A DNA stretch of 64,000 bases, taken from NCBI GenBank assembly GCA_965215605.1, contig OZ244070.1, forward strand, positions 672,001 to 736,000, in the 5' to 3' direction. The stretch is from an uncultured Candidatus Binatia bacterium (lineage in GTDB: Bacteria; Desulfobacterota; Binatia; UBA9968; JAJDTQ01). The notes under the pieces are model-generated. The model searched no databases. It was not told where the DNA came from and saw only the letters and a program-made list of their open reading frames with translations. Shown in pieces: positions 27,936 through 37,624 of this stretch. Both the position numbers and the translations under genes were made by a program. Within the stretch, counting starts at the first letter, position 1. Each line of letters starts with the position of its first letter.

Positions 27936-28951
27936 GGCTCACCGTCGGAGCCGGCCGGCAGCTTGTAGCTGATGGCCAGGCGAACGGTCAGAGGGCCCGG
28001 AGTCGCGCGGGCGGGCACGGGACCGAAGGGCGCGGACTCCCTGACGTTGCGAAGGGCTTCCACATCCAGCACGATGAAGCCGGACGATTCGGACAACTCG
28101 ACGCCGGCGAGTTCGCCATTCTCGCTCACGGCAACCACAAGAGCGACAGTTCCCTGCTGACCCGTTCGCCTGGCGTAGGCCGGATATCGCGTTTGGCCGC
28201 CGATCTTCCTCTTGAGGGATTCGACGTAAGCCCACTCCCGGGGATTGTCCGCCGCGGACCGGGGCTGGGCTTGCGCCACGTGGACCGATGGCTCCGGCGG
28301 TTCCACGGGCTGGGTTGCCGGGCCCGGCACGGGCGATTCTACAGGCGCCGGCGGCTCCTCGGTCCGGAGTGCCTCCCCGGGTGCCGGCGACGGCTCCCCG
28401 GGCGCTTTCTGACCGGCGGCCTCGAGACGCGCGCGGATTCGCTCCACCGCCTGATCGACGGGCGAAAGGCGGGCCGGCGTCTTCGCCGCGGGTTTCTCTT
28501 GAGACGGGGCGGCCGCCGGCTCTTCGGGCTTGTTGACCAGCCGCGTCAGCATCCCGATTCGCTTCCGCGCCAGCGCGGCGCCGGCCTCGTGCCCCAACCG
28601 CCGGTAGACCCCCAGGACCCTGTAGTAGGCTTTCAGGGCATCCAGCGGCCGGCCCCGGAGCAGCTCCACTTCTCCCTTGTTGTGAAGCGCCAACGCCAGC
28701 GGCAGCTTGTCTTCCAGTTGCTCGGCCAGCGTCACCGCATCGTCCAGCCGGTTCAGCGCCTCGGGGTAACGCTCCGCCCGCGCGCTGCCGCGGGCCTCCA
28801 CGATCATGGCGTAGGCCTGCTTTTCCAACTCGGCGGCGGGCAACCCCTCCGGGTTGGCCCGCGCGTGCTCGGCCGTGACACCGCCGGCGAGCGCCAGCAA
28901 CAGCGCGGCGCGCATGAGGCGGCGCCAAGGGAACGGGTGGTGCTGGATCAT
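27932..28951 (-). CDS. TPR + Pro-rich linker + TonB C-terminal domain protein
   Basis: Signal peptide; LALALHNKGEV..GRP.DAL..Y TPR; YPAYARRTGQQG.V...SSGF..LD.EAL..VR...PF TonB_C. Confidence 0.8.
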   Translation of the reverse strand: MIQHHPFPWRRLMRAALLLALAGGVTAEHARANPEGLPAAELEKQAYAMIVEARGSARAERYPEALNRLDDAVTLAEQLEDKLPLALALHNKGEVELLRGRPLDALKAYYRVLGVYRRLGHEAGAALARKRIGMLTRLVNKPEEPAAAPSQEKPAAKTPARLSPVDQAVERIRARLEAAGQKAPGEPSPAPGEALRTEEPPAPVESPVPGPATQPVEPPEPSVHVAQAQPRSAADNPREWAYVESLKRKIGGQTRYPAYARRTGQQGTVALVVAVSENGELAGVELSESSGFIVLDVEALRNVRESAPFGPVPARATPGPLTVRLAISYKLPAGSDGEP

Positions 28952-29003
28952 GCCTCTGCTTCTCGCTCGTCCAGCGGCACGGCGCGCCTGCGGCCAGGGC
29001 GCA

Positions 29004-29822
29004 CTAGTGTTCCCCTCTTCCCAGGGCTTCCGAACGTTCCGTGGCCTGCACGACCGCGTCGATGACCGTCGCGCGAAACGCGCCCTGTTCGAGGGCGAAA
29101 AGCCCCGCGGCGGTGGTTCCGGCCGGGGACGTAACGGCGTCCCGCAATTCCGCCAGATGCGCGCCGGCGTCTCGGGCCATGGCGGCGGACCCGTACACCG
29201 TCTGAAGCGCCAGCTTCAGGGCGACGTCCCGGCTGAGCCCCATCTGAACGCCGGCGGCGGCGAGGGACTCGATGAAAAGAAAGACGTAGGCCGGCCCGCT
29301 CCCGCTCAACCCCGTGACGGCGTCGAGTTGATGTTCCTCCACGGCAACCGCGACCCCGACGCTCGAAAGAATCTTGCCCACCCTTTCGAGGTCCTCATCC
29401 CTGGCCCACCGGCCTCCCGCATACGCGGACGCCGCCTGACCCACCAGACACGGCGTGTTGGGCATGACCCGGACCACGCGCGTACCATCGGGCAACAACC
29501 CCTCGATGCGACTCAACGGCACCCCGGCCGCGATGGAAACCAGCAGCCTGCCTTCCAGCGGCGCCACGGCGAGCTCCTTCAGAACACCGTCCATGACCTG
29601 GGGCTTCACCGCCAGCACCACGATGTCCGACGATTCCACCAAGCCGATGTTGTCTTTCATGAAATGGACGCCGGTTTCCTCGACGAGAGCCTTCCCCAAC
29701 GCCTCGACGGGATCGCTGGCGGCCAGGTGGCTCCGGTCCACCAGCCCGGCCTTGAGTATCCCCTTGATGATGGCGCTGCCCATCTTGCCGGCGCCGATGA
29801 ACCCGATCTTGTCGTCGAGCAT
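29004..29822 (-). CDS. proC: Pyrroline-5-carboxylate reductase
   Basis: GFIGAGKMG, LAVKPQ, RVMPNTP, GLSGSGPAY, VTSPAGTT. Confidence 0.97.
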   Translation of the reverse strand: MLDDKIGFIGAGKMGSAIIKGILKAGLVDRSHLAASDPVEALGKALVEETGVHFMKDNIGLVESSDIVVLAVKPQVMDGVLKELAVAPLEGRLLVSIAAGVPLSRIEGLLPDGTRVVRVMPNTPCLVGQAASAYAGGRWARDEDLERVGKILSSVGVAVAVEEHQLDAVTGLSGSGPAYVFLFIESLAAAGVQMGLSRDVALKLALQTVYGSAAMARDAGAHLAELRDAVTSPAGTTAAGLFALEQGAFRATVIDAVVQATERSEALGRGEH

Positions 29823-29927
29823 GGAAGCCTCCTTGCGGACCATGCGCGGACCGTCGCCGTTCGAACGTCTTCGCGGAAACGCCGGACGCGCCCGTGAGCA
29901 AGGCGCATGCCCCGGCCGTGGGAGCCG

Positions 29928-30326
29928 CTACACGGTCTTGAGCTGTACGGTGCCTTGCGCCACGCCGCGGATGTAGCCCTCGAACCCCTGGGGCGAGAAG
30001 GTCCAGGTCAGCCACAGGGGCTCGTCTTCGTCGTTGACGAAACCGTGGTTGGTCTTGGGGGGTATGAACACGACGGAACCCGGCACGATCTCTGCGGTGT
30101 CGTCTCCGACCGTGGCGACGGCACGGCCGCCGATCACGAAGAGGATCTCTTCGGCCTCGTCGTGCGAGTGCAGGGGAATCTTGCTGTGAGGATCCACCTG
30201 CTGCAGGCCCATGGAGAACTGGCGGGTCCCGGTCGTGCCCGGCTCGACGCACGGGTACAGGGTACGCGGCGCCTCGCCTTCGATGCGGACGACTTCAGCT
30301 TCATCCTTGGAAAAGAAGTACTTCAT
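29928..30326 (-). CDS. Cupin domain protein
   Basis: PLHSHDEAEE, GSVVFIPPKTNHGF. Confidence 0.88.
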   Translation of the reverse strand: MKYFFSKDEAEVVRIEGEAPRTLYPCVEPGTTGTRQFSMGLQQVDPHSKIPLHSHDEAEEILFVIGGRAVATVGDDTAEIVPGSVVFIPPKTNHGFVNDEDEPLWLTWTFSPQGFEGYIRGVAQGTVQLKTV

Positions 30327-30368
30327 GGCGTCCTCCTCGGGTTTCCGCCGGCAGGGTGGGTCAGGATA

Positions 30369-30794
30369 CTAGTAACTCTCCTCTTCCGTGTCCGTCGTCG
30401 TGAGCCGGCGAAAGGTTCGATCCTCGTCGAAGTTCTTCGTCATGCGGGATTCCTTCTCCAGCCCTTCCTGGCAGCGCACGCACAAGCGCGTGAACGGCAT
30501 CACCTTGAGCCGGCCGACCCCGATATCTTCCCCGCACTCGTCGCAGATGCCGTAGGAACCCTCGCCGAGCCGGAGCAGCGCGTCCTCGATGGCCATGAGT
30601 TTCGCCCGTTCGCGATCGTTCAGTATCATGTTGATTTCACGATCCCGCTCGTCGCTGGCCAGATCGTAGGTGTCGCGTCCCTCGTCCTTGGAGCTCTCCA
30701 CCTCGTGCTTGAGCCGGTCCGGGATATCCTCCAACAGTTGACCCTTCATGCCGAGAAGGGTCTCCCGGAATTTCTTCAGAACGTCTTTCCTCAT
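30369..30794 (-). CDS. dksA: DksA/TraR C4 zinc-finger regulator
   Basis: DTYDLA (DxxDxA), YGICDECGEDI...RL...P...LCVRC. Confidence 0.85.
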   Translation of the reverse strand: MRKDVLKKFRETLLGMKGQLLEDIPDRLKHEVESSKDEGRDTYDLASDERDREINMILNDRERAKLMAIEDALLRLGEGSYGICDECGEDIGVGRLKVMPFTRLCVRCQEGLEKESRMTKNFDEDRTFRRLTTTDTEEESY

Positions 30795-30897
30795 TGTCGT
30801 CTCTCCTGGAAGCGACTCAATTCACCACTATTTCGAGTCGGAGTCAATACGGGAGACGGGGCCGCCACCGTCGAGTCTTGCCAAATGGTACGCGACC

Positions 30898-31620
30898 CTA
30901 AGAGCCAAACTCAACGATATCAACGTCTTGCGGTGTCCGCAATTCGAACAGCGCCGGATCCAGCCCTACCCCGTGGCGGACGTTTTCGAAACGGAAAGTC
31001 CAGCGATTGCCCGCCGAATCCTCGATCAGGATTTGTCGGATATCATGACTGTCCGGCGCGACCGAGAGCTGGATCTCGCCCACGCCGGTGTTGGCCTTGC
31101 GGGGAAAGAGCTTCAGCACGTGGGCGTCCGGCGTGGAGGCCGTCAACTCGGCGCTGAAATCCCGGTCGAGATCGCCGATGCCCAGCAGAAAGGAGAGCGG
31201 AAGGTCGGATCGAAACACCGATTCAAGGGCGGTCTTGATCACCTGCCGTTCGGCCGGCTGATAGAAGTAGAGGGCGCGCCCGTCGGACAACACGAACTGC
31301 CCGGCGGGCTCCTCGTAACGCCACAGCATCTTCGCCGGCTTGCTGAAGTAGACCCGGCCCTCGCCCTCGATGCGCCGGTTGAGGGTACGGTACTCGGTGG
31401 TCTGGCGGAAGTCGGCGCTGTAGTCCCGCGTGGCATCGTAGCGACGCTGCACTTCCCGGACGATTCCGGCGGCTTCCTGCGCGCGGGGACCCTGCAACGG
31501 CAGCAACAGGATCGCGGCGCACAGTGCCGCCGCGGTCCAGCCGGGGAAGACTGCCACGCCGCCGCTCACGAGGAGGGCACCTCCGGCGCCGCGGCCACCC
31601 CCCGGTCTGTTCGTCTCCAT
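30898..31620 (-). CDS. lolA: Outer-membrane lipoprotein carrier
   Basis: ADFRQ, G.VYFSKPAKMLWRYEEP, SDG; downstream of ftsK. Confidence 0.88.
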   Translation of the reverse strand: METNRPGGGRGAGGALLVSGGVAVFPGWTAAALCAAILLLPLQGPRAQEAAGIVREVQRRYDATRDYSADFRQTTEYRTLNRRIEGEGRVYFSKPAKMLWRYEEPAGQFVLSDGRALYFYQPAERQVIKTALESVFRSDLPLSFLLGIGDLDRDFSAELTASTPDAHVLKLFPRKANTGVGEIQLSVAPDSHDIRQILIEDSAGNRWTFRFENVRHGVGLDPALFELRTPQDVDIVEFGS

Positions 31621-31623
31621 GGG

Positions 31624-33885
31624 TTACTCCTCGACCTTCTGCGCCAGGACCTCGCGCGGCCTGGCTCCATCCGCCGGTCCCACCACGCCGTCCCGCTCCA
31701 TCTTCTCGATCATGCGCGCCGCGCGGTTGTAACCCACCCTGAGGCGTCGCTGCACCATGGAAATGGACGCCTGGCGGGTCTCCGTCACCACCGCCACGGC
31801 CTGATCATACATCTCGTCGTAGTCGTCGTCCGTGTTGAGGAGGTCGCCGTTGGCATCGTCCCGGGCCTCCAGGATCTCCGGGCGGTACTGGGGCCGTCCC
31901 TGCTGCTTGATGAACTCGGTGACCTTGCGGACCTCCCTGTCCGACACGAAGGGACCGTGAAGCCGGATCAACCGCGCCGTTCCCGGCGGCAGGAAAAGCA
32001 GGTCCCCGTTGCCCAGGAGCTGCTCCGCCCCCTGTCCGTCCAGGATGGTGCGTGAATCCACCCGCGATGTCACCTGGAAAGAGATGCGCGCGGGAAAGTT
32101 GGCCTTGATCAGACCGGTGATCACGTCTACGGACGGCCGCTGGGTCGCCAACACCATGTGGATGCCGGCCGCCCGCGCTTTCTGCGCCAACCGCGTGATG
32201 TGCTCCTCGATGTCACGCCCCACGGACATCATGAGATCCGCCAGCTCGTCGATGAGGATGACGATCCGGGGGAGCCGTCCGTGCTCCAGTTCCTCGCGCC
32301 CGTCCAACCGGCCTCCCGGCTCCGCACCCTCGGTGGAACCGTCGTCTCCGTCCTCGCCCGCCGGCTTCTCCGGCGGCGGCTCCCGTTCCAGGATGCGGTT
32401 GTAATTGTCGAGATTGCGGGCGCGCTTGTCGCGCATGAGCCGGTAGCGGCGGTCCATTTCCTCCACTGCCCAGAACAACGCCGCCCGCGCCTCCTTCGGA
32501 TCGGTCACCACCGGGGTCAACAGATGCGGCAACCCTTCATAGGGCGTCAGCTCGAGCATCTTCGGGTCGATCATGATGAAGCGCGCGTCGTCCGGCGTGG
32601 CCTTGTACAGGATGCTGAGGATCATGGAGTTGAGCGAGACGGATTTGCCCGTGCCGGTGGCGCCCGCCACCAGCAGGTGCGGCATGCGGGCGAGATCCGT
32701 GGCGAAAGGCGCCCCGGAGATATCCTTCCCCAAGGCCAGGGACACCATCGAGTCGGAGCTCGCGTAGACCGGATCTTCCAGGATCTCTCTCAGGTAGACC
32801 GTCTCGCGTCGGGCATTGGGCACCTCGATGCCCACCACCGACTCTCCGGGAATCGGCGCCAGGATACGGATGCTGACGGCGCTCAGGGCCATGGCAAGAT
32901 CGTCCGCCACGCCCACGATGCGGCGCACCATGACGCCGGGGGCGGGCCGGAACTCATACACGGTGATGACCGGCCCCGGCCTCACCGCCAGCACCTCGCC
33001 CTCGATGCCGAAGTCCTGGAGTTTCCGCTGCAGCATCAGGGAGTTGGCTTCCAGCGTGCCCTTGTCGATGCTGGCCTTTTCTTCCGGAGGTGCGTCGAGA
33101 AAGGCCGTCGACGGCAGCGTGTAGCCGTCGGTGAGCTCGGGAAACACGAACTGTTCGGTTTCGGGCCTGGACTTCGCCTTGCTCTTGGCCTTCTTCCGGC
33201 GCCCCTTGGCCGTTTCCTCTGGAGCCGCAGGTTCCTCTTCGACGATGATGGAAGGCGCCTGGAACTCCCGGCGGTCCTTCTTGACGTTGGCGGACGGCTT
33301 GCCCTCCACCTTCCTCCGCCGCGCCGATGCCGTGGGCGCGCCCATCCTGGAGCGGAGTTGCCCGGGGGCGTCCACGAGGTGATTCCACCAACTGAGCATG
33401 GACGTCTGGGACATCAGCATGACCGCCGCCAGCAACAGGAACAGCGTGATGGCGCAGGTTCCGGCATAGCCGAACATCTCCGTCAGGAACTGTTCGGAAA
33501 ACCCGCCCAGGACGCCGCCGCTCTCCCGCGCCGCGTCCACCTCGTGCACGAGACTGACCAGGATGGCCAGACCCCACAGGAGCATCCCGTATCCTGCAAC
33601 CTTCAGGAGCCCAAGCCTCCGGGGCTCCCGGCGGAAGAGCCGGACCGCGAGCAGGGCCAGGACGACGGGCAGCAGCCAGGCCGTGAGGCCCAGGCCCTGC
33701 AACAACACGTCCGCCAGATAGGCCCCCACCACCCCACCGAGGTTCACCGGGTCCCGGTCTCCGGACGGGACGTTGATGGACTGGTCCAGGGGGCTGTGGG
33801 AGACCAGGCTGAGCACGGCGAAACAGGCCGCCACGAGAGCCACCGAGCCCCAGAGTTCACGACTGAGCCGCGAGCCGTTCTGCAT
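31624..33885 (-). CDS. ftsK: DNA translocase FtsK
   Basis: N-terminal TM segments, PHLLVAGATGTGKS, IDELADLMM, ATQRPSVDVITG, gamma domain GYNRAAR. Confidence 0.97.
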   Translation of the reverse strand: MQNGSRLSRELWGSVALVAACFAVLSLVSHSPLDQSINVPSGDRDPVNLGGVVGAYLADVLLQGLGLTAWLLPVVLALLAVRLFRREPRRLGLLKVAGYGMLLWGLAILVSLVHEVDAARESGGVLGGFSEQFLTEMFGYAGTCAITLFLLLAAVMLMSQTSMLSWWNHLVDAPGQLRSRMGAPTASARRRKVEGKPSANVKKDRREFQAPSIIVEEEPAAPEETAKGRRKKAKSKAKSRPETEQFVFPELTDGYTLPSTAFLDAPPEEKASIDKGTLEANSLMLQRKLQDFGIEGEVLAVRPGPVITVYEFRPAPGVMVRRIVGVADDLAMALSAVSIRILAPIPGESVVGIEVPNARRETVYLREILEDPVYASSDSMVSLALGKDISGAPFATDLARMPHLLVAGATGTGKSVSLNSMILSILYKATPDDARFIMIDPKMLELTPYEGLPHLLTPVVTDPKEARAALFWAVEEMDRRYRLMRDKRARNLDNYNRILEREPPPEKPAGEDGDDGSTEGAEPGGRLDGREELEHGRLPRIVILIDELADLMMSVGRDIEEHITRLAQKARAAGIHMVLATQRPSVDVITGLIKANFPARISFQVTSRVDSRTILDGQGAEQLLGNGDLLFLPPGTARLIRLHGPFVSDREVRKVTEFIKQQGRPQYRPEILEARDDANGDLLNTDDDYDEMYDQAVAVVTETRQASISMVQRRLRVGYNRAARMIEKMERDGVVGPADGARPREVLAQKVEE

Positions 33886-33894
33886 GGGCGCCGC

Positions 33895-35550
33895 CTACAT
33901 CTCCATGATATAAGGCACGATCACCGGCCTGCGCCGGAGCCTCTTCTCGAAGAACCTGCGCAGCGACCGGCGTATGCCTTCCTTGAGCTCGGCCGAGTCC
34001 ATACGCATCTCGACACCACAAGCCTCGACGTATTCGCGCAACGACTCCCGGGCGGTGCCGAGAACGTCATCCTCCTCTTCCAGCCGCATGAATCCACGGG
34101 CCATCAGATCCGGGCCCGCGGCAACCTCCCCGGTTCGCTGGTGGACCGCCATGACCACCACCACCAAGCCATCCTCGCTCAGATGCTTGCGGTCCCGTAT
34201 GACCACGTCCCCGACGTCGCCGATGCCATTCCCGTCCACGAAAACCTTGCCGGTGGCCACCGGCTCCACGCGCCAAGCGTCGTCGCCGGTGAGCTCCAGC
34301 ACGTCGCCGTTCTCCATGAGAAAGCAGTTGTCGGCGGGCACGCCCACCGAGCGCGCCAGCTCGATGTGCTTGCAGAGTTGGCGGAACTCTCCGTGAACGG
34401 GCACGAAGTACCGCGGCCGGGTGAGTTGAAGCATGGTCTTCAACTCTTCCTGGCTGGCGTGTCCCGATACGTGGATCTCCGAGGTGCGCTCGTAGTGGAC
34501 CCGGGCGCCCCGCCGGTAGAGGTGGTTGATGAGGTTGCTGATGATCTTCTCGTTTCCGGGGATGAACCGCGCCGACAACACCACCGCGTCTCCGGGCCGG
34601 ACCTTGATGGAGCGGTGCTCGTCGAAGGCCACCCGGTGGAGCACGGAAAGGGGCTCCCCCTGGCTTCCGGTGGTGAGGAAACAAAGCTGGTCGTCCGCGA
34701 GGTCCCGCCAGCCCTGGCTGTCCGTCATGACGTCGGCCGGCAGGCGCAGATAGCCCAGATCGGCGGCGATGGCCGTGTTGTTGATGATGCTCCGCCCGCT
34801 GAGGACCAGCTTGCGCCCGAAGTCGGCGGCCAATTCCGCCACCTGCTGGATGCGCGGGATGTGGGAGGCGAACGTCGACACGAAAACCCGTCCCGGACTG
34901 GCGCTGAAGATGCCCCGGAGCCCCTCGCCGACCGTGCGCTCGGAGGGCGTGCTGCCGGCGCGCTCGACGTTGGTGGAGTCCGACAGCAGCAGCAGAACGC
35001 CCTTGTCGCCGTAGGCCGCGAAACGGTGGAAGTCGAAGCTCTCCCCGGCCATGGGCGTGTTGTCGATCTTGAAGTCGCCGGTGTGGACGATGACTCCCGC
35101 GGGCGTTTCGATGGCGAGGGCGATGCAGTTGACCAGACTGTGGGTTACGGGAATTCCCTCGATGGTGAAGGGGCCCACGGGGAACCGCTGTCCGGGCGCG
35201 ATTTCCACCAGCTCGGTGGACTCTTCGAGCCGGTGCTCCCGCAACTTGTGGCGCAGGAACCCCAGGGTCAGCCGCGTGCCGTAGACCGGCACCTGGAAAC
35301 GCCGAAGGACATAGGGCAAGGCGCCGATGTGGTCCTCGTGGGCGTGGGTCAGTATGATCGCCTGGGGAGCCTTTCCCCGCTCCTCCAGATAGCTGATGTC
35401 CGGGATCACCAGATCGATGCCCAGCAGCTCGGGACCGGGGAACATCACGCCGCAGTCCAGGACGATGACGGAGTCGCCCCACTCCACCGCCAGCATGTTG
35501 CCGCCGAACTCTCCCAGCCCTCCCAAGGGAACAATCCTCACGGACTTCAT
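33895..35550 (-). CDS. rnj: Ribonuclease J
   Basis: PLGGLGEFG, THAHEDHIG, HTGDFK, HVSGHAS, PVHGE. Confidence 0.96.
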   Translation of the reverse strand: MKSVRIVPLGGLGEFGGNMLAVEWGDSVIVLDCGVMFPGPELLGIDLVIPDISYLEERGKAPQAIILTHAHEDHIGALPYVLRRFQVPVYGTRLTLGFLRHKLREHRLEESTELVEIAPGQRFPVGPFTIEGIPVTHSLVNCIALAIETPAGVIVHTGDFKIDNTPMAGESFDFHRFAAYGDKGVLLLLSDSTNVERAGSTPSERTVGEGLRGIFSASPGRVFVSTFASHIPRIQQVAELAADFGRKLVLSGRSIINNTAIAADLGYLRLPADVMTDSQGWRDLADDQLCFLTTGSQGEPLSVLHRVAFDEHRSIKVRPGDAVVLSARFIPGNEKIISNLINHLYRRGARVHYERTSEIHVSGHASQEELKTMLQLTRPRYFVPVHGEFRQLCKHIELARSVGVPADNCFLMENGDVLELTGDDAWRVEPVATGKVFVDGNGIGDVGDVVIRDRKHLSEDGLVVVVMAVHQRTGEVAAGPDLMARGFMRLEEEDDVLGTARESLREYVEACGVEMRMDSAELKEGIRRSLRRFFEKRLRRRPVIVPYIMEM

Positions 35551-36323
35551 CTAGTGTCCTCTCGCCTTGTCGCCGGCGGAAACCCTTCGGCGCGCCGGGC
35601 GCTGTCGCCGTCCCCCGGGGCGGCGCCCGGACGCGCCAGGTGTGAGCCGATGGCCTCCCGGACGCGGCGCATCTGCTGGCGGGAACGGGCGTCGCCGTCG
35701 TCCGGCGGGATCGCGTCCCCGACCACGACTTCCACTTCCCCGGGCCTGAGACGCCAGTCTCCCCGTCGCATCAAGACCCCCGACCCGTTGAGCGTAATGG
35801 GCACGATGGGAACCCCCGCCTGCTCCGCCAGGCGAAATCCTCCACGCTTGAACGGCAGCAGCCGTCCGTCCACGCTCCGCGTCCCCTCCGGAAACACCAC
35901 GACGGAGATGCCCCGGCTCAGCTTGTCGCACGCGCCTGCCATGGCGGCCGCCACATCCTTCGACCGGGTGCGCTTGACGATGATGTGCTTGGAGGCCCAC
36001 AGCGCCCAACCGAAGAACGGCACTCGAAGGAGCTCCCGCTTGGCTATCCAGCGCAATTGAAACGGCCCCAGCACCCGCACCAGCACCGGGATGTCGATGT
36101 TGCTCTGGTGATTGGCCATGAAGACATAGGCCCGGCGGGGATCCAGATGCCCCGTCTCCCGCACTCTCAACGCCACCCCGCCGGTCTTGAGAACGCACCA
36201 CGACCAGAACCGGAACATCGGATAGACCCGCTTGCCGTAGGGGTCCACGAGCCCGAGGGCAATGATGGGAATGCTCTGGAGTATGCTTGAAAGAACGATC
36301 AGCGCCAGCTTTAGGATGTACAT
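35547..36323 (-). CDS. plsC: 1-acyl-sn-glycerol-3-phosphate acyltransferase
   Basis: NHQSNID, FPEGTRS, PFKRGGF. Confidence 0.9.
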   Translation of the reverse strand: MYILKLALIVLSSILQSIPIIALGLVDPYGKRVYPMFRFWSWCVLKTGGVALRVRETGHLDPRRAYVFMANHQSNIDIPVLVRVLGPFQLRWIAKRELLRVPFFGWALWASKHIIVKRTRSKDVAAAMAGACDKLSRGISVVVFPEGTRSVDGRLLPFKRGGFRLAEQAGVPIVPITLNGSGVLMRRGDWRLRPGEVEVVVGDAIPPDDGDARSRQQMRRVREAIGSHLARPGAAPGDGDSARRAEGFPPATRREDTR

Positions 36324-36452
36324 GCGGGTGAAGGCGTGTGTGCCCGGACTTGTCGGCGGCCTGAATGTACGGGCCGTTTCATTCTATGGGATATGCGCGG
36401 CGAATGCAATTTTGGCCGCGCCGGCAAACGGCCGAAGGGAAGCGGAAGACGT

Positions 36453-36524
36453 GCAGGGGCAGGGTTCGAACCCGTCCGCAAATGGCGCCATGCGAACACG
36501 GGCGGGCTTGAACCCCGCCTCTAC
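36453..36524. repeat. Inverted pair of GTAG-family REP elements
   Basis: GCAGGGGCAGGGTTCGAACCCGTCC and GGGCGGGCTTGAACCCCGCCTCTAC; related copy at 39927. Confidence 0.7.
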
Positions 36525-37528
36525 AGCTCGATCTTCTCGGAGTACAGTCCCTTGATGAAGCCCGCCTGCTGAAGGCGCTTCAGGGCCTCCAATTCCAGGA
36601 GCCGATGCGGCATGAGCTTTCTCGCCCGCGAGTCCGTGACCGAGACCGCGTCGATGAGCGCCTGCACGCCTTCGGCGCGCGGCAACGGCAGCGGGTCCAG
36701 CCGGTTGGCCAGGGAGCGGTATGCGGTGGGAAGAGACGTTCCCTCCGCGAGGGTGACGTATTTCTTCATGATCCGCATGCTGTCGGCGCGCTGGGTAAGG
36801 AAGTGCTGCACGCCGTTGAGATAGGCCATCAGGAAACGGCGCAACACGTTGGGGCGGCCCTCGGCAAAGGACCGCGTGGTCACCAGCAGGTCGGTGACGA
36901 GATGGACCTCGCCGACGTCCAGCACCTTGATTCCCGCCTGCTGGGCTTGCGCCGCCACATGGGGGACCAGGGGCGCCCCCTGCACGACATTCCGAAAGAC
37001 GGCGACGGCGCGATCGGGCGAAAAGCCGATGGGGACCATCTCCACATCTTCCACCGGATCCAGGCCCGCCCGTCTCAGCAACACCCGCGCGATCAGGTCC
37101 GACTTCCTGCCGAGGCCCGACACTCCCACCTTCTTGCCCTTGAGCTGCGCCAGATGATCGACGTACGAGGCCACGCCGAAACGGTAGTTCTCCGTGCTCC
37201 CGTGCCCCCCGAAGAACACCAGGTCGGCGCCGTTGCTCACGGCCTCCAGCGGAGGCAGCACGCCCTGGGACGACACCAGGATGTCGATCCCGAGCAGCGA
37301 TTGCACACCGCCGGCCGCGGCTCCCTCGATGTAGACGGCCTCGACGTCGACGCCGTACTTGGCGAACAGGTCGGTGTCGTTGGCGACCCAGGTGATGACG
37401 GTGCCCACCCCGAACCCGGTCAAGCCGATCCGGACCGGCGCCCGTGCTTCGGCTCCGAGAACAACGGAGACGGCCGTCAACGTCGCAACCGTTGCCGCTG
37501 CAAGCGACTGCAGGAATCTCGAGAACAT
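36521..37528 (-). CDS. NMT1/SsuA-like ABC substrate-binding protein (orphan)
   Basis: Signal peptide, LFAKYGVDVE, LKGKKVGVS..G..SD, LRRAGLDP..DV. Confidence 0.85.
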   Translation of the reverse strand: MFSRFLQSLAAATVATLTAVSVVLGAEARAPVRIGLTGFGVGTVITWVANDTDLFAKYGVDVEAVYIEGAAAGGVQSLLGIDILVSSQGVLPPLEAVSNGADLVFFGGHGSTENYRFGVASYVDHLAQLKGKKVGVSGLGRKSDLIARVLLRRAGLDPVEDVEMVPIGFSPDRAVAVFRNVVQGAPLVPHVAAQAQQAGIKVLDVGEVHLVTDLLVTTRSFAEGRPNVLRRFLMAYLNGVQHFLTQRADSMRIMKKYVTLAEGTSLPTAYRSLANRLDPLPLPRAEGVQALIDAVSVTDSRARKLMPHRLLELEALKRLQQAGFIKGLYSEKIEL

Positions 37529-37624
37529 GATCCCCTCCCCCGCCGTGGACATGAATGAGAAGCACGGTCCACCGGGCGACCGCACCAGAATCCTATCGGC
37601 AGGCCGCCCCCGGGTCAATACAGA

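Noticed and set aside
32158-36060. 1300-aa plus-strand ORF and other long shadow ORFs (e.g. 42407-44581, 52439-54637)
   Set aside because: Antisense or alternate frames of clear genes (ftsK/rnj, Mo-subunit, glnA/amt); expected in high-GC DNA
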